A stretch of 64,000 nt of DNA from Candidatus Rubneribacter avistercoris (GCA_019115845.1 DXCU01000004.1:44561-108560); one strand, 5' to 3'. Counted from the first letter of the stretch, positions 44,844 to 53,555 are shown. Translations and numbers: made by a program. Notes: a model not told the origin generated them from the letters alone.

Positions 44844-45464
44844 CTACTTCCAAGCCTCCACCAAACAGGCGGAGGCGCCGACGCGCCGCCAAACGACGGA
44901 GGAGAACCAGCGGCCGAGGATGCGCTCGAGCTCGCCGCGCGCGTAGATGCGCACGTCTCCTTCGTTCGAGAAGGGCATCGCCGCGTTCATGATCACGCGG
45001 GCCGGCGCAGGCAGCGCCACGTCGCCCATTGCGAACAGGCCGCCGGGACGCAGCACGCGCCACACCTCGAAGGCCACGCGCTCGGGGTCGGGATAGTGAT
45101 GGAAGGAGTCGTTGCACCAGGCGGCGTCAAAGGACTCCTCGCGGAAGGGCAACCGGTCGCTGTCGCCTTCGACGAGGCGCACGCGGTCGGCGAAGCCCTC
45201 CAAGTTCGCACGCGCCTGGGCCACCATGTTCGGCGCCAGATCAAGGCCGGTCACGCGGCAAGTTGGATCCTGCTTGAGCACAAGGCGCGCGAGCGCCCCC
45301 GTGCCGCAGCCCACATCCAAAAGCTCGCCGCCGCACGGGACGCGGGCGAGCGCGGTCAGAACGTGCGGGTAGAGTCCGCGCGCGTGCGCGCCCTGCGCGG
45401 CGCTGTCGTAGGTGGGCGCCTGCGCGTCGAAGGCGATGCGCGATTTTTGCTTGCGGTCATCCAT
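44844..45464 (-). CDS. class I SAM-dependent methyltransferase (Methyltransf_11/UbiE-like, small-molecule type)
   Basis: SAM motif I LLDVGCGTGAL, then post-I GLDLAPNMV and LRPGG. No DNA methyltransferase catalytic motifs (DPPY/NPPY or PCQ) are present. Confidence 0.85.
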   Translation of the reverse strand: MDDRKQKSRIAFDAQAPTYDSAAQGAHARGLYPHVLTALARVPCGGELLDVGCGTGALARLVLKQDPTCRVTGLDLAPNMVAQARANLEGFADRVRLVEGDSDRLPFREESFDAAWCNDSFHHYPDPERVAFEVWRVLRPGGLFAMGDVALPAPARVIMNAAMPFSNEGDVRIYARGELERILGRWFSSVVWRRVGASACLVEAWK

Positions 45465-45486
45465 GGCAGTGCTCCTTTCGCGATGC

Positions 45487-45506
45487 TTTATTAAACGTTG
45501 TTCAAT
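45487..45506. promoter_or_regulatory. operator-like AT-rich motif upstream of the methyltransferase gene
   Basis: tttattaaacgttgttcaat contains the imperfect palindrome TTAAAC-GTT-GTTCAA. Its reverse complement matches 46430-46448 at 17/19 positions, counted by eye. Confidence 0.35.
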
Positions 45507-45578
45507 CTGTGTGCCGAAAGAAGCCCGGCCGAAATGCCGAGCTGATCAGCTAGCGCGAACGGGCGGATGGCAGGCGTT

Positions 45579-45644
45579 AGCTGCGGGCGGGCGCGACGCG
45601 AGCTGCGGGCGGGCAGGCGGCGAGCTGCGGGCGGGCGCGATGCG
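45579..45644. repeat. 3 x 22-bp tandem repeat
   Basis: agctgcgggcgggcgcgacgcg / agctgcgggcgggcaggcggcg / agctgcgggcgggcgcgatgcg, lying between the TetR stop and the methyltransferase start. Confidence 0.9.
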
Positions 45645-45687
45645 AACACGGACAGGCAGGCGGCGAGCGACGACCGCGAGGGGAACC

Positions 45688-45711
45688 CGAATGTTTCACG
45701 TGAAACATTCG
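45688..45711. repeat. 24-bp perfect palindrome (core ATGTTTCACGTGAAACAT), copy 1
   Basis: cgaatgtttcacgtgaaacattcg. The last five TetR codons and the stop (..NECFT*) lie inside it. Confidence 0.95.
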
Positions 45712-46286
45712 TTCTCTATCTGCGAATCCAGCAGCGCATCCACGTACTCGCGCAGGCGCACGAGCGTCGCGGCGTTGGCGTCGGCATGCGCAGACATGAT
45801 GCCGATGTGGCCGTGCAGCAGAAAGCTCGCGAGCGTTTCCGGGTCGCGCACGCAAATCCCTTCGCGGCGGCGCGCTTGCTTGAGTGCTTCCACCAGGTGC
45901 GGTTGTACCCGCTCGCACAGGCGCAACGAGAGCCGCAGGTGAAAGCCCTCGCTGCCCTGCCGATGGAAGAAGTCGCGGTGGCGCTGCGGCCCTCCGTTCG
46001 CCACGCCGTGGTACAGCGCGTCGATCTTTTGGCGAAGGTTCAGATCAGAAGCGCGAAGCGTGCGGACGAAGTCGGCCGCGCAATCCTCCGCGTAGCATTC
46101 CAGCGCCTCGTCGAACAGCTTCTGTTTGGAGTCGAAGTAGTGGTAGACCAGCCCCGGCGTGATGCCGAGGTGCTTGGCGATGTCCCGCAGCGACGTGGCC
46201 TCGAAGCCACGTTGCGCGAACAGCTCCATCGCCGCGTCGAGTATCTCGCGCCGCCGATCATCCGGCGCCTTGACGATACGCGCCAC
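45696..46286 (-). CDS. TetR/AcrR family transcriptional regulator
   Basis: 196 aa with the N-terminal HTH ..RRREILDAAMELFAQRGFEATSLRDIAKHLGITPGLVYHYFDSKQKLF.. RBS GGAGG lies upstream. Confidence 0.9.
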   Translation of the reverse strand: MARIVKAPDDRRREILDAAMELFAQRGFEATSLRDIAKHLGITPGLVYHYFDSKQKLFDEALECYAEDCAADFVRTLRASDLNLRQKIDALYHGVANGGPQRHRDFFHRQGSEGFHLRLSLRLCERVQPHLVEALKQARRREGICVRDPETLASFLLHGHIGIMSAHADANAATLVRLREYVDALLDSQIENECFT

Positions 46287-46429
46287 GCATTCCTCCTTCC
46301 GTTGTTCGCCTTTGCGGCCAGCGTCCGCTCCTGCGTCCGGCGCCCGCCTTCACGTCCTGCGCCTGTCCCTGCGTCTGGCGCCCGCTCCTGCGTCCGTCGC
46401 CATCGTACTCCCCTTTTGAACAAACGTCA

Positions 46430-46448
46430 ATGAACAATGTTTAATAAA
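46430..46448. promoter_or_regulatory. operator-like AT-rich motif upstream of the TetR gene
   Basis: atgaacaatgtttaataaa, preceded by the related ttgaacaaacgtcaa at 46416-46430. It is in opposite orientation to the copy at 45487-45506. Confidence 0.35.
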
Positions 46449-46505
46449 CGGTGGATCCGCCCCACAGCTGACACGAAAATGCCACGCTGCATAAAAGCTA
46501 GCGCA

Positions 46506-46529
46506 CGGATGTTTCACGTGAAACATCCG
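46506..46529. repeat. 24-bp perfect palindrome (core ATGTTTCACGTGAAACAT), copy 2
   Basis: cggatgtttcacgtgaaacatccg. It shares an identical 18-bp core with 45691-45708. Confidence 0.95.
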
Positions 46530-46704
46530 CAACACCGCCGCACAGTCCAGGCGCACGCAAGCTGCCCTCCACCCCCCACCGCGCCCGGCGAGGTGTTGCG
46601 GGAACTCTGTGGTCATTCGCATGCCCTTGCGTTCGCGAAGTTGACGAAGCGCGGCCAGTCCGAGATACTCGGCAGCTGACCCAAGAGAACAGGAGCATGC
46701 ACCC

Positions 46705-47919
46705 ATGGGCAACTGCCTCGTCGCACAATCCGGCGGCCCCACCGCCGTCATCAACGCCAGCCTGGCCGGCGTCATCCGCGCCAACCAGCTGAACCCCGTG
46801 TACGACCGCGTGTTCGGCGGCCTGCACGGCATAGAGGGAACGCTTGCCGGCAAACTGTACGACCTCACTGACCTGCCCGGCCGCGACCTGGAAATTCTGC
46901 GTCAGACGCCCTCGTCGGCGCTGGGCACGTGCCGCTACAAGCTCAAGCGCGGCAACAACGCCGACTTCCAGCGCCTGGTTGAAGTCATGGACGGCCACAA
47001 CATCGACACGCTGTTCTACATCGGCGGCAACGATTCCATGGACACGGTGGACGCGCTGACCGAATGGGCAGCTACGAACGCGCCCGGCAAGCGTTTCGTC
47101 GGCATTCCCAAGACCGTGGACAACGACCTGGTGCCGGTGGACCACTGCCCCGGCTTCCCCAGCGCGGCGAAGGTGGCGTGCCAGATCACGCACGCAACGC
47201 GCCTCGACTACGACGCGTACACGCGCCCCGAGGTGTTCGTGCTGGAGGTGATGGGCCGCGACGCGGGGTGGCTGGCCGCCAGCTGCTGCGCGACGGGCGA
47301 CGTGGATTTGCTCGTGCTGCCCGAGGTGGACTTCGACCGCGACGCGTTCCTGAACGAGGTGCGCAAGAAGTTCGACGAGAAGGGCGAGTGCTACATCGTG
47401 GTGTCCGAGGGCGCTCATTACGCGGACGGCGCCTACCTCTCCGCCGGCGAGTCGGCCAACGACGGGTTCGCGCACGCGGTGCTGGGGGGTGCTGCGCAAA
47501 CGCTCAAGCAGATGATCGTGGACGCAGGCATCGCGCCGCGCGGAGTGGTGCAGGATCTTTCGCGCGCGGCTCGCTCAAGCAACTTCGCACAGAGCCTCGT
47601 GGATGCGACCGAGGCCTACGAGCTGGGGATGAGCGCTCACATGCGCAGCGCCGACCCCGCGTTCACCGGGGTTGTGGTGGGCATCCGCCGCGACGAGGCC
47701 GCCGCAGCCGAAGGCCGCTACAACGCGCGCTTCTTCGCCGCGCCGGCCAGCGAGTTCGCCAACCACGTGCGCCGCTTCCCCGCCGAGTGGATCCTGCCGA
47801 ACTACCAAGGCGTCACGGAAGAGGCGCTCGCGTATTTCCGACCGCTCATTGAAGGCGAGCCGAAACTGGTCATGGAAGGCGGCATCCCCGCCACGCTGCC
47901 TGCGTTCAATCGGCGGTAA
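46705..47919 (+). CDS. 6-phosphofructokinase (ATP- or PPi-dependent; the phosphoryl donor cannot be decided from sequence by eye)
   Basis: 404 aa with N-terminal SGGPTAVINAS, then IGGNDSMDT, PKTVDNDL, and MGRDAGWLA, the canonical PFK family blocks. Confidence 0.9.
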   Translation: MGNCLVAQSGGPTAVINASLAGVIRANQLNPVYDRVFGGLHGIEGTLAGKLYDLTDLPGRDLEILRQTPSSALGTCRYKLKRGNNADFQRLVEVMDGHNIDTLFYIGGNDSMDTVDALTEWAATNAPGKRFVGIPKTVDNDLVPVDHCPGFPSAAKVACQITHATRLDYDAYTRPEVFVLEVMGRDAGWLAASCCATGDVDLLVLPEVDFDRDAFLNEVRKKFDEKGECYIVVSEGAHYADGAYLSAGESANDGFAHAVLGGAAQTLKQMIVDAGIAPRGVVQDLSRAARSSNFAQSLVDATEAYELGMSAHMRSADPAFTGVVVGIRRDEAAAAEGRYNARFFAAPASEFANHVRRFPAEWILPNYQGVTEEALAYFRPLIEGEPKLVMEGGIPATLPAFNRR

Positions 47920-48159
47920 TGCCCCGTCAAATCGCGCACCGACGGGGCGCAAGCGTCCTGTCGGTGCTTTATGGTATACCGGACGCAAGCCGTTCTGCGG
48001 AGAAGAAAGAGGCGTGACCATGACCGCACACGATTGGCTAAACGCCCGCCTGCTGGGCATGTCCGGCGCGATGACGAACTGCAAAGCGGAATGGGAGCGG
48101 CAGCGTGAGATCGCCAAAGAATGCCGAGCGCTGCGCCAGCCCGCCAATGAACGCCTTGA

Positions 48160-49002
48160 TCACCAGCCGAAATGACGTGCAACGCATATTGCGACAAGCA
48201 TAAGAAGCCCTACAGCGTTTATCCCCCTATACGTTCCAATGGGAAGAATGGCGCTTGGATTGTCTTCTGGCCTTGTAACGCGATGCACGAACCGAAACAA
48301 CGCATAAAGAAGATTGAACAGCACCAGGCCCATGAGAACGATCATGAACACCAACCGGTAAATGCTCACGGCATCGATGTTCTGCAGCACCGACGCCGTG
48401 AAGCCCATGCCGGCCGTAAATGCTATGACGATGGCGGCGAAAATGCCGAGTATGGTCACGTTCTCACGCTGGGCGTTCTCGATGCGACGTTCCGCCTTCT
48501 CAAGTTTCTTGCCGCTCTCGTCCAACCTCTCCTGAGCAAGATCGATATCCTCAAGCGTGAGCTCAAAGCGCTTGTCCTGGATGTCGTTGATCCGCGCGTT
48601 GTAGCTTAGCCTGCCGATCTCAAGAAAGGTGTGGTCGCGTAGCTTCTCGAAACCGCGCCTTGCCTCATCCGTGCATCTTGCTTCAACAACGGGAGTCAGA
48701 GCTTCCAGATTCATCTGTATCACGCAGTTGTCGTCAAGATAGTAGTCGCTTGCCGTTGCCGTCGCTTCATTCAAGGGAACCCCAACGCTCGACAGAACAC
48801 CGAACACTTCAGAATACCGATGCCGAAACCCTGCGCTATACAATGAGTCGAAAAAGGAAACGAAGGCGTCTTCCACAGCAGCATCGCCTAATTCGAGCGG
48901 CGACCCGACAAGCTCGGCGAGTACGTTATTCAAGGAAAGCTGCTTGCCGTCGTTGGTCCAATCCCGCGGCACGCGCAGCACCTCAAGGACCGAGGCCGTC
49001 AT
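48160..49002 (-). CDS. candidate toxin of a Panacea-type TA pair: soluble N-terminal domain, coiled coil and three C-terminal TM helices
   Basis: 280 aa, starting 9 nt after the DUF4065 gene stop. The coiled segment is LEDIDLAQERLDESGKKLEKAERRIENAQRE. The TM helices are VTILGIFAAIVIAFTAGMGF, IYRLVFMIVLMGLVLFNLLYALF, and INAVGLLMLVAICVA. The block is AT-richer than its flanks. Confidence 0.55.
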   Translation of the reverse strand: MTASVLEVLRVPRDWTNDGKQLSLNNVLAELVGSPLELGDAAVEDAFVSFFDSLYSAGFRHRYSEVFGVLSSVGVPLNEATATASDYYLDDNCVIQMNLEALTPVVEARCTDEARRGFEKLRDHTFLEIGRLSYNARINDIQDKRFELTLEDIDLAQERLDESGKKLEKAERRIENAQRENVTILGIFAAIVIAFTAGMGFTASVLQNIDAVSIYRLVFMIVLMGLVLFNLLYALFRFVHRVTRPEDNPSAILPIGTYRGINAVGLLMLVAICVARHFGW

Positions 49003-49011
49003 AACGTCCGC

Positions 49012-49458
49012 CTAAACAGCCGCGCTGTCGAGGAAATAAGAATTGTCGATCACGCGATGGTTGCCAAGCCCTCCGCGATACGTCCGATCCCAAGGAGAAC
49101 CTTTGACGTGCGTGGCATCCACAAGTCGCCAGGGATTCTGACTGCGCCACCGTCTGGTGACAGAATTCACCACCTGCGCAGCCTCCGCATCCGAAGCGAG
49201 CGGAGAAGCTCCGTACACCTTGCGAATCTTAGCCCCTCCCAAAGAAGCGTACTCGCGATACACCTCTGGTTGCACGGGGCCGTACTGCCATGCTTCGAAC
49301 GCATCGGCGAACAAGAGGCAACCCGTTTTCTGAGCATATTGCTGCTGGGCGAAATACAGTATTTTCTGCAGCTGCAGATTGCTTATGGGTTCGGATTCGC
49401 GAGCACAGAGATCAACGATGTGATGGGCAACTTCGCGAACGCTGTACCGGCAATTCAT
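49012..49458 (-). CDS. Panacea/DUF4065 (SocA/GepA-like) antitoxin-domain protein
   Basis: 148 aa: ..EPISNLQLQKILYFAQQQYAQKTGCLLFADAFEAWQYGPVQPEVYREYASLG.. This is the hallmark DUF4065 block (NLKLQKLLYYAQ...G.PLF...FEAW.YGPV.PEVY). Confidence 0.8.
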   Translation of the reverse strand: MNCRYSVREVAHHIVDLCARESEPISNLQLQKILYFAQQQYAQKTGCLLFADAFEAWQYGPVQPEVYREYASLGGAKIRKVYGASPLASDAEAAQVVNSVTRRWRSQNPWRLVDATHVKGSPWDRTYRGGLGNHRVIDNSYFLDSAAV

Positions 49459-49602
49459 CGAGACCTCTTTTCTCCAGTCCTTTTCTTGCGACTATCTTAT
49501 CATATCGTATAAAATAGAACAAGTGTTTGTTTTTGAATCACCGAGTGAACTATCGAGTTGTCGCCTTCGCCGCAGGATTCTCCACTTCGTCCGCGCGCGA
49601 TG

Positions 49603-50517
49603 TCAAACAGGACCGCCTGCCGTCAAGCTGCCCGCAAGCTCCACCTCAACAATCAGCGCGTTTCCCTCCAAGTGCGCCGTCATGCGCATGCCCATGGCCT
49701 CGGCCAGGCTCTGGGACACGGCAAGCCCCAGGCCGGCGCCGGAAGCGCTGCGGGAGGCGTCGGCTCGGTAGAAGCGCTCGAACAGGCGCTCCACATCGAT
49801 CGCGGCCGGATCGGCCACCTCGTTCGCAAACGCTACGGTGCGCCCGCGCTGCCGCACCGCAAGCGCGGAGGTCCCGTGACGCAGCGCATTGCCCACAAGG
49901 TTCTCGAAGATGCGCGCAAGGGCCTCGGGGTCGGCGTCCGTCGCAAGCGCCTCGTCCTCGAAATCCACCTGCGGCTCCCATCCCCGCTCGTCGAAGGCGG
50001 GATAGTGCCCCACCAGCACGTCGGCGAGCAGCGGCAGCACGCGCACGGGGCGCAGGTCGAGCGCGAGGTCGGGATCGCTCGCCTGCGCGTAGGCGAACAG
50101 CTGATCCAACAGCGCCTGCATGTCGTCCAGGCGCGCTTCGGCGGCGGCCAGGTGGCGAGCGACCGCTTCCTCGTCACCTGGCCGCTCGCGCCCGTCCTGC
50201 GCGAGGCGCACGTAGCCCTTCGCGCCCATGAGCGGCGTGCGGACGTCGTGCGAAAGGCTGGCCAGATCGCGCTGGAACTCCCGTTGACGGCGAAGGGCCT
50301 CCACCCGCTCCTCCCGCGCGGCGTCCAGCTGCCCGTTCACCGCAGCCGCAAGCTCGGCGAACCCGCGGCCCGGCGCCTCCACCGTAAGGCGCGTGTTGCT
50401 GTGCGCGTCGCGCTCGCGCAGACTGCGGGCCAAACGGCGCAGCTGCCGCTCGTACACAAGCGCAGCCAAAGCCACGCCCGCCACCCCGCACGCAAGCCCC
50501 GCGAGCACGACCGTCAT
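49603..50517 (-). CDS. sensor histidine kinase with one N-terminal TM helix and no extracytoplasmic sensor domain
   Basis: Start MTVVLAGLACGVAGVALAALVYE at 50517. H-box LSHDVRTPL, N-box NLVGNALRHG, and G-boxes ..GAGLGLAV.. are present. Confidence 0.85.
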   Translation of the reverse strand: MTVVLAGLACGVAGVALAALVYERQLRRLARSLRERDAHSNTRLTVEAPGRGFAELAAAVNGQLDAAREERVEALRRQREFQRDLASLSHDVRTPLMGAKGYVRLAQDGRERPGDEEAVARHLAAAEARLDDMQALLDQLFAYAQASDPDLALDLRPVRVLPLLADVLVGHYPAFDERGWEPQVDFEDEALATDADPEALARIFENLVGNALRHGTSALAVRQRGRTVAFANEVADPAAIDVERLFERFYRADASRSASGAGLGLAVSQSLAEAMGMRMTAHLEGNALIVEVELAGSLTAGGPV

Positions 50518-50522
50518 ATCCC

Positions 50523-51449
50523 TTACACGTCCTTCCGCGGCCCGACCGCCGCCGCCAGCGCGACGCACACGGCAATCGCTGCGCCCAACACGAGCGCGAC
50601 CTGGGCCGGAACCGCAAGTCCTGCAAGCGCCGTCCCTTCCGTGGAGGACAGCAGGCCCACGCCTCCGGAACCCAGCAGCGCCACGCTGGATGCGGGAAGC
50701 CACTTCACCGCATCGTCCAACACCGGAAAAGCGGGGGCGAACGCCGACGTCGCCGTCATGATGACGCTCGCCAGCGTCCCCGTCGCAACGGCGAGGGCGA
50801 ACACAATGCCGACCGCCTTGCTACGCGTGAGCAGCACCGTCGCACCGGTCGCCATCGCGTACATCGTCACGGCCAGCCACGCAAGCGCCACCCAGCCCCA
50901 ATACTCGCCAAGCGTCTCCGAAGCGCGGTACTCAAACCCGGCAAGCGCGAAGGCACCGTCTGTGAGCACCATCCCTGCCAGCAAAAACACCGCGGACAGC
51001 ACTCCGCAGAGCACGAGTTTTTCAAGGTAGTACGCCGCGCGGCGGCGACCCCTGCCGACGAACACGCTCTTCGCGAACCCCGTTTCGAAATCGCTTGCCA
51101 CAAAAAGCGCCGTCATCAACGAAACGATCATCGCAAGCCCGCCGCCCGTGACGAGCATCTGCGCGTAAGCCTTCGTGCGCGATGGAAGCTCCTTCTCGTT
51201 GAGGGTGTTCGCCTCTTCGGGCGTGAGGTTCGCACCCGATTCGTCAGTGAGCCTGACGCCCGCGCCCGCCGTCGCGTTCTGCTGGCCGTGCTCAGTTTGC
51301 TCGGCCACCATCTGGGCGAACTGCGGCGTTGTCGCGAACCAGACCATTCCTGCCGCGCCCACCACGAAAAGCATTGTAAGAGCGAGGCCCACCCACAGCA
51401 TCTTGCCGTGCACGAGACGGTAGATGTCGGATTTCAACAGGTTAAACAT
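50523..51449 (-). CDS. ABC-2-type transporter permease
   Basis: The start MFNLLKSDIYRLVHGKMLWV at 51449 overlaps the ATPase stop by 8 nt. It has about 6 TM helices with a large first extracytoplasmic loop. Confidence 0.7.
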   Translation of the reverse strand: MFNLLKSDIYRLVHGKMLWVGLALTMLFVVGAAGMVWFATTPQFAQMVAEQTEHGQQNATAGAGVRLTDESGANLTPEEANTLNEKELPSRTKAYAQMLVTGGGLAMIVSLMTALFVASDFETGFAKSVFVGRGRRRAAYYLEKLVLCGVLSAVFLLAGMVLTDGAFALAGFEYRASETLGEYWGWVALAWLAVTMYAMATGATVLLTRSKAVGIVFALAVATGTLASVIMTATSAFAPAFPVLDDAVKWLPASSVALLGSGGVGLLSSTEGTALAGLAVPAQVALVLGAAIAVCVALAAAVGPRKDV

Positions 51450-52410
51450 GGCACGCACCGCCTCTCCCGCGCGCTGGCGCCTCAGCCTGAACGCGCGCAC
51501 CGCCCTCCATAAGCTCGACGAAGTAGTCTTCTATGTCGCGTCTCACCTGGCTGAGTTCGAGCACCGTCTGGTCGGACGCGCGCAGCGCCTGCGCAACGGC
51601 CGCCTGGTTGACCGCACCCGACACCGAAAGCGCGCCGTCGGGTTCTGCGCGGAAGGCAGCACCCGGCAGCGCCTCCTCCAGAAGCGCGAGCGTGCGCGCC
51701 GGATCGGCCGTGCGCACGCGCAGGCTGTCGCCGCATTCGGCCTGCACCTCGTCGGCGGTCATCTCGCGCACCATCGTGCCATGTGCGATGACGCCGAAGC
51801 GCGTGGCCACGCGGTCAAGCTGGTCGAGCACGTGCGAACTGATGACGATGGTGATGCCCAGCGTTTCGTTGAGTCGCACGAGCAGGTTGCGCATGGCGCG
51901 CGTGCCCTCGGGATCCAGCCCGTTCAGCGGCTCGTCCAACAGCAGCAAATCAGGCGAGCCGATAAGCGCAAGCGCCAACCCCAACCGCTGCTTCATGCCA
52001 AGCGAGAAACCCTTGACCTTCTTCCTGCCCGTATCGGAAAGCCTCACAAGTTCAAGCGCCTCGCGACAGCGCACAGAAGCGTCAACCACACCCATTGCCA
52101 GCGCTTTCGCCATGAGGTTCTCGTAGGCGGTAAGATTGGGGATCAAACCCGGCGCTTCGATGAGCGCCCCGATGCGCCCCGTGCAGACAGCCCCGCCCGC
52201 ACCGCCCGCCCGCGCGCCGCCGAACAGCTCCACCTCGCCTTCCGTCGGCGTCACCAGCCCGCAGATCATCTTCATAACGGTGGACTTGCCCGCCCCGTTC
52301 TTGCCGACGAACCCGTAGATGTCGCCTTGCGCCACGTGCATGTCGAACCGATCGACCGCACGTTTGCCGCGATAGGACTTCGCCAGCCCCCGCGTCTCAA
52401 CGACGTTCAT
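51442..52410 (-). CDS. ABC transporter ATP-binding protein (BcrA/lantibiotic-immunity-like class)
   Basis: Walker A GKNGAGKST, signature FSLGMKQRLGLA, and Walker B LLLDEPLNGLDP. Confidence 0.9.
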   Translation of the reverse strand: MNVVETRGLAKSYRGKRAVDRFDMHVAQGDIYGFVGKNGAGKSTVMKMICGLVTPTEGEVELFGGARAGGAGGAVCTGRIGALIEAPGLIPNLTAYENLMAKALAMGVVDASVRCREALELVRLSDTGRKKVKGFSLGMKQRLGLALALIGSPDLLLLDEPLNGLDPEGTRAMRNLLVRLNETLGITIVISSHVLDQLDRVATRFGVIAHGTMVREMTADEVQAECGDSLRVRTADPARTLALLEEALPGAAFRAEPDGALSVSGAVNQAAVAQALRASDQTVLELSQVRRDIEDYFVELMEGGARVQAEAPARGRGGACHV

Positions 52411-52542
52411 GAACGCCCCTTTCTCGCATGCCTTCTGACGAAAACCAGCATACGGAGCAGGGTTTTAGAAAACCCGAAGCAAGGTTTAAGAAAGTTTGAA
52501 GAACGGGGGCCGACAGCGCACCGGTAGCGCCGGACGCGGCCC

Positions 52543-53268
52543 TCACCGCTTCCCCATCGCGTCGGCGGACAGCTTGAAGCCAAGGCCCCACACCGTTTGG
52601 ATGTAGCCGTCCGTGCCCGTGGGCTTGAGTTTGGCGCGGATGTTGGACACGTGCACGCTCACGGTGCTGTCATCTGCAGCGAACGGCTCGCCCCAGGCCA
52701 GCTCGAACAACTCCTGCTTCGTGTACACCTTCTTCGGATGCGCGGCCAAAAGCTCCACGATGTTGAACTCCGTGCGCGTGAGCGGCACCTCGACTCCGTC
52801 CACAGACAACGTGCGCGCCGCGCGGTCGATCGTCCACGCGCCCGCGCGCAGCGTATCGCCGCCGGGCTGCGGCGCGGACGCGCGCCCGCGATGGCGCAGC
52901 TGCACCTCTATGCGCACCGTCAGCTCGTCCAGGTCGAACGGTTTCGCCAGGTAGTCGTCGGCACCCAACTTGAGCAGATCTATCTTGTCGGAAGCCGCCG
53001 AGCGCGCCGACGTGACCACAATGGGCGTGTCCTCATCGGCTGCGCGGATGAGCCGCACCAGCTCCTCGCCCGGCAGCCCCGGCAGCATGAGGTCGCACAC
53101 CACCACGTCGAAGCGCTCGCCACGCTGCCGCGCGCTTTCGAGCACCAGCCGCGCCTCCGTGCCCGAGAACGCCTGCGTGCACGCGTACCCCGCGCGGCCC
53201 AGGTGCTCCGCCACAATCTCGCTGATGTCCGCGTCGTCCTCCACAATGAGCACGCTCGCCTGGTCCAT
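52543..53268 (-). CDS. OmpR/PhoB-family response regulator
   Basis: The receiver domain has VLIVEDD and DVVVCDLMLPG (phospho-acceptor Asp). The winged-helix output domain reads ..LTRTEFNIVELLAAHPKKVYTKQELF....YIQTVWGLGFKL. Confidence 0.9.
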   Translation of the reverse strand: MDQASVLIVEDDADISEIVAEHLGRAGYACTQAFSGTEARLVLESARQRGERFDVVVCDLMLPGLPGEELVRLIRAADEDTPIVVTSARSAASDKIDLLKLGADDYLAKPFDLDELTVRIEVQLRHRGRASAPQPGGDTLRAGAWTIDRAARTLSVDGVEVPLTRTEFNIVELLAAHPKKVYTKQELFELAWGEPFAADDSTVSVHVSNIRAKLKPTGTDGYIQTVWGLGFKLSADAMGKR

Positions 53269-53510
53269 GGGGTTTCCTCATCTCCATCGTCACCTCGGTC
53301 GCCAGCCACGATCCCAGCCGACAGCCGCGACCCCAGCCGTCGCCGCCGCCTCGACCGCCAACTCCGCTCCAACCGCCAGCCACGGCCCCAACCGGCACCT
53401 CAGCCGCCAGCCGCAGCCCCGACCGCAGTATAGCGAAACCCGGCGCCTCCCTGGAGCGCGCTGCCAACCTATCGCAAGTTCCACGGCGTCAAGCATCCTC
53501 GCCACGTATA

Positions 53511-53519
53511 TGGTATCAT
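53511..53519 (+). promoter_or_regulatory. possible extended -10 (TGGTATCAT) upstream of the Fic gene
   Basis: Located 37 nt upstream of the GTG at 53556. Pattern only. Confidence 0.3.
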
Positions 53520-53555
53520 CGCCAATATGCGCAATTTGGCTAAGATACTTTTAAG

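Noticed and set aside
44844-45464. Methyltransferase upstream of the McrBC-like locus, considered as a possible cognate DNA modification enzyme.
   Set aside because: The motifs are those of small-molecule class I SAM methyltransferases (Methyltransf_11-like). No DPPY/NPPY or PCQ catalytic motif and no target-recognition domain are present. McrBC-type systems are also modification-dependent and need no cognate methylase.
48020-48175. 51-codon ORF (MTAHDWLNARLLGMSGAMTNCKAEWERQREIAKECRALRQPANERLDHQPK) with an AAGAGG-like RBS next to the Panacea pair.
   Set aside because: There is no recognisable domain. It overlaps the 3' end of the candidate toxin gene on the opposite strand and is too short to distinguish from chance. 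It is kept only as a note.
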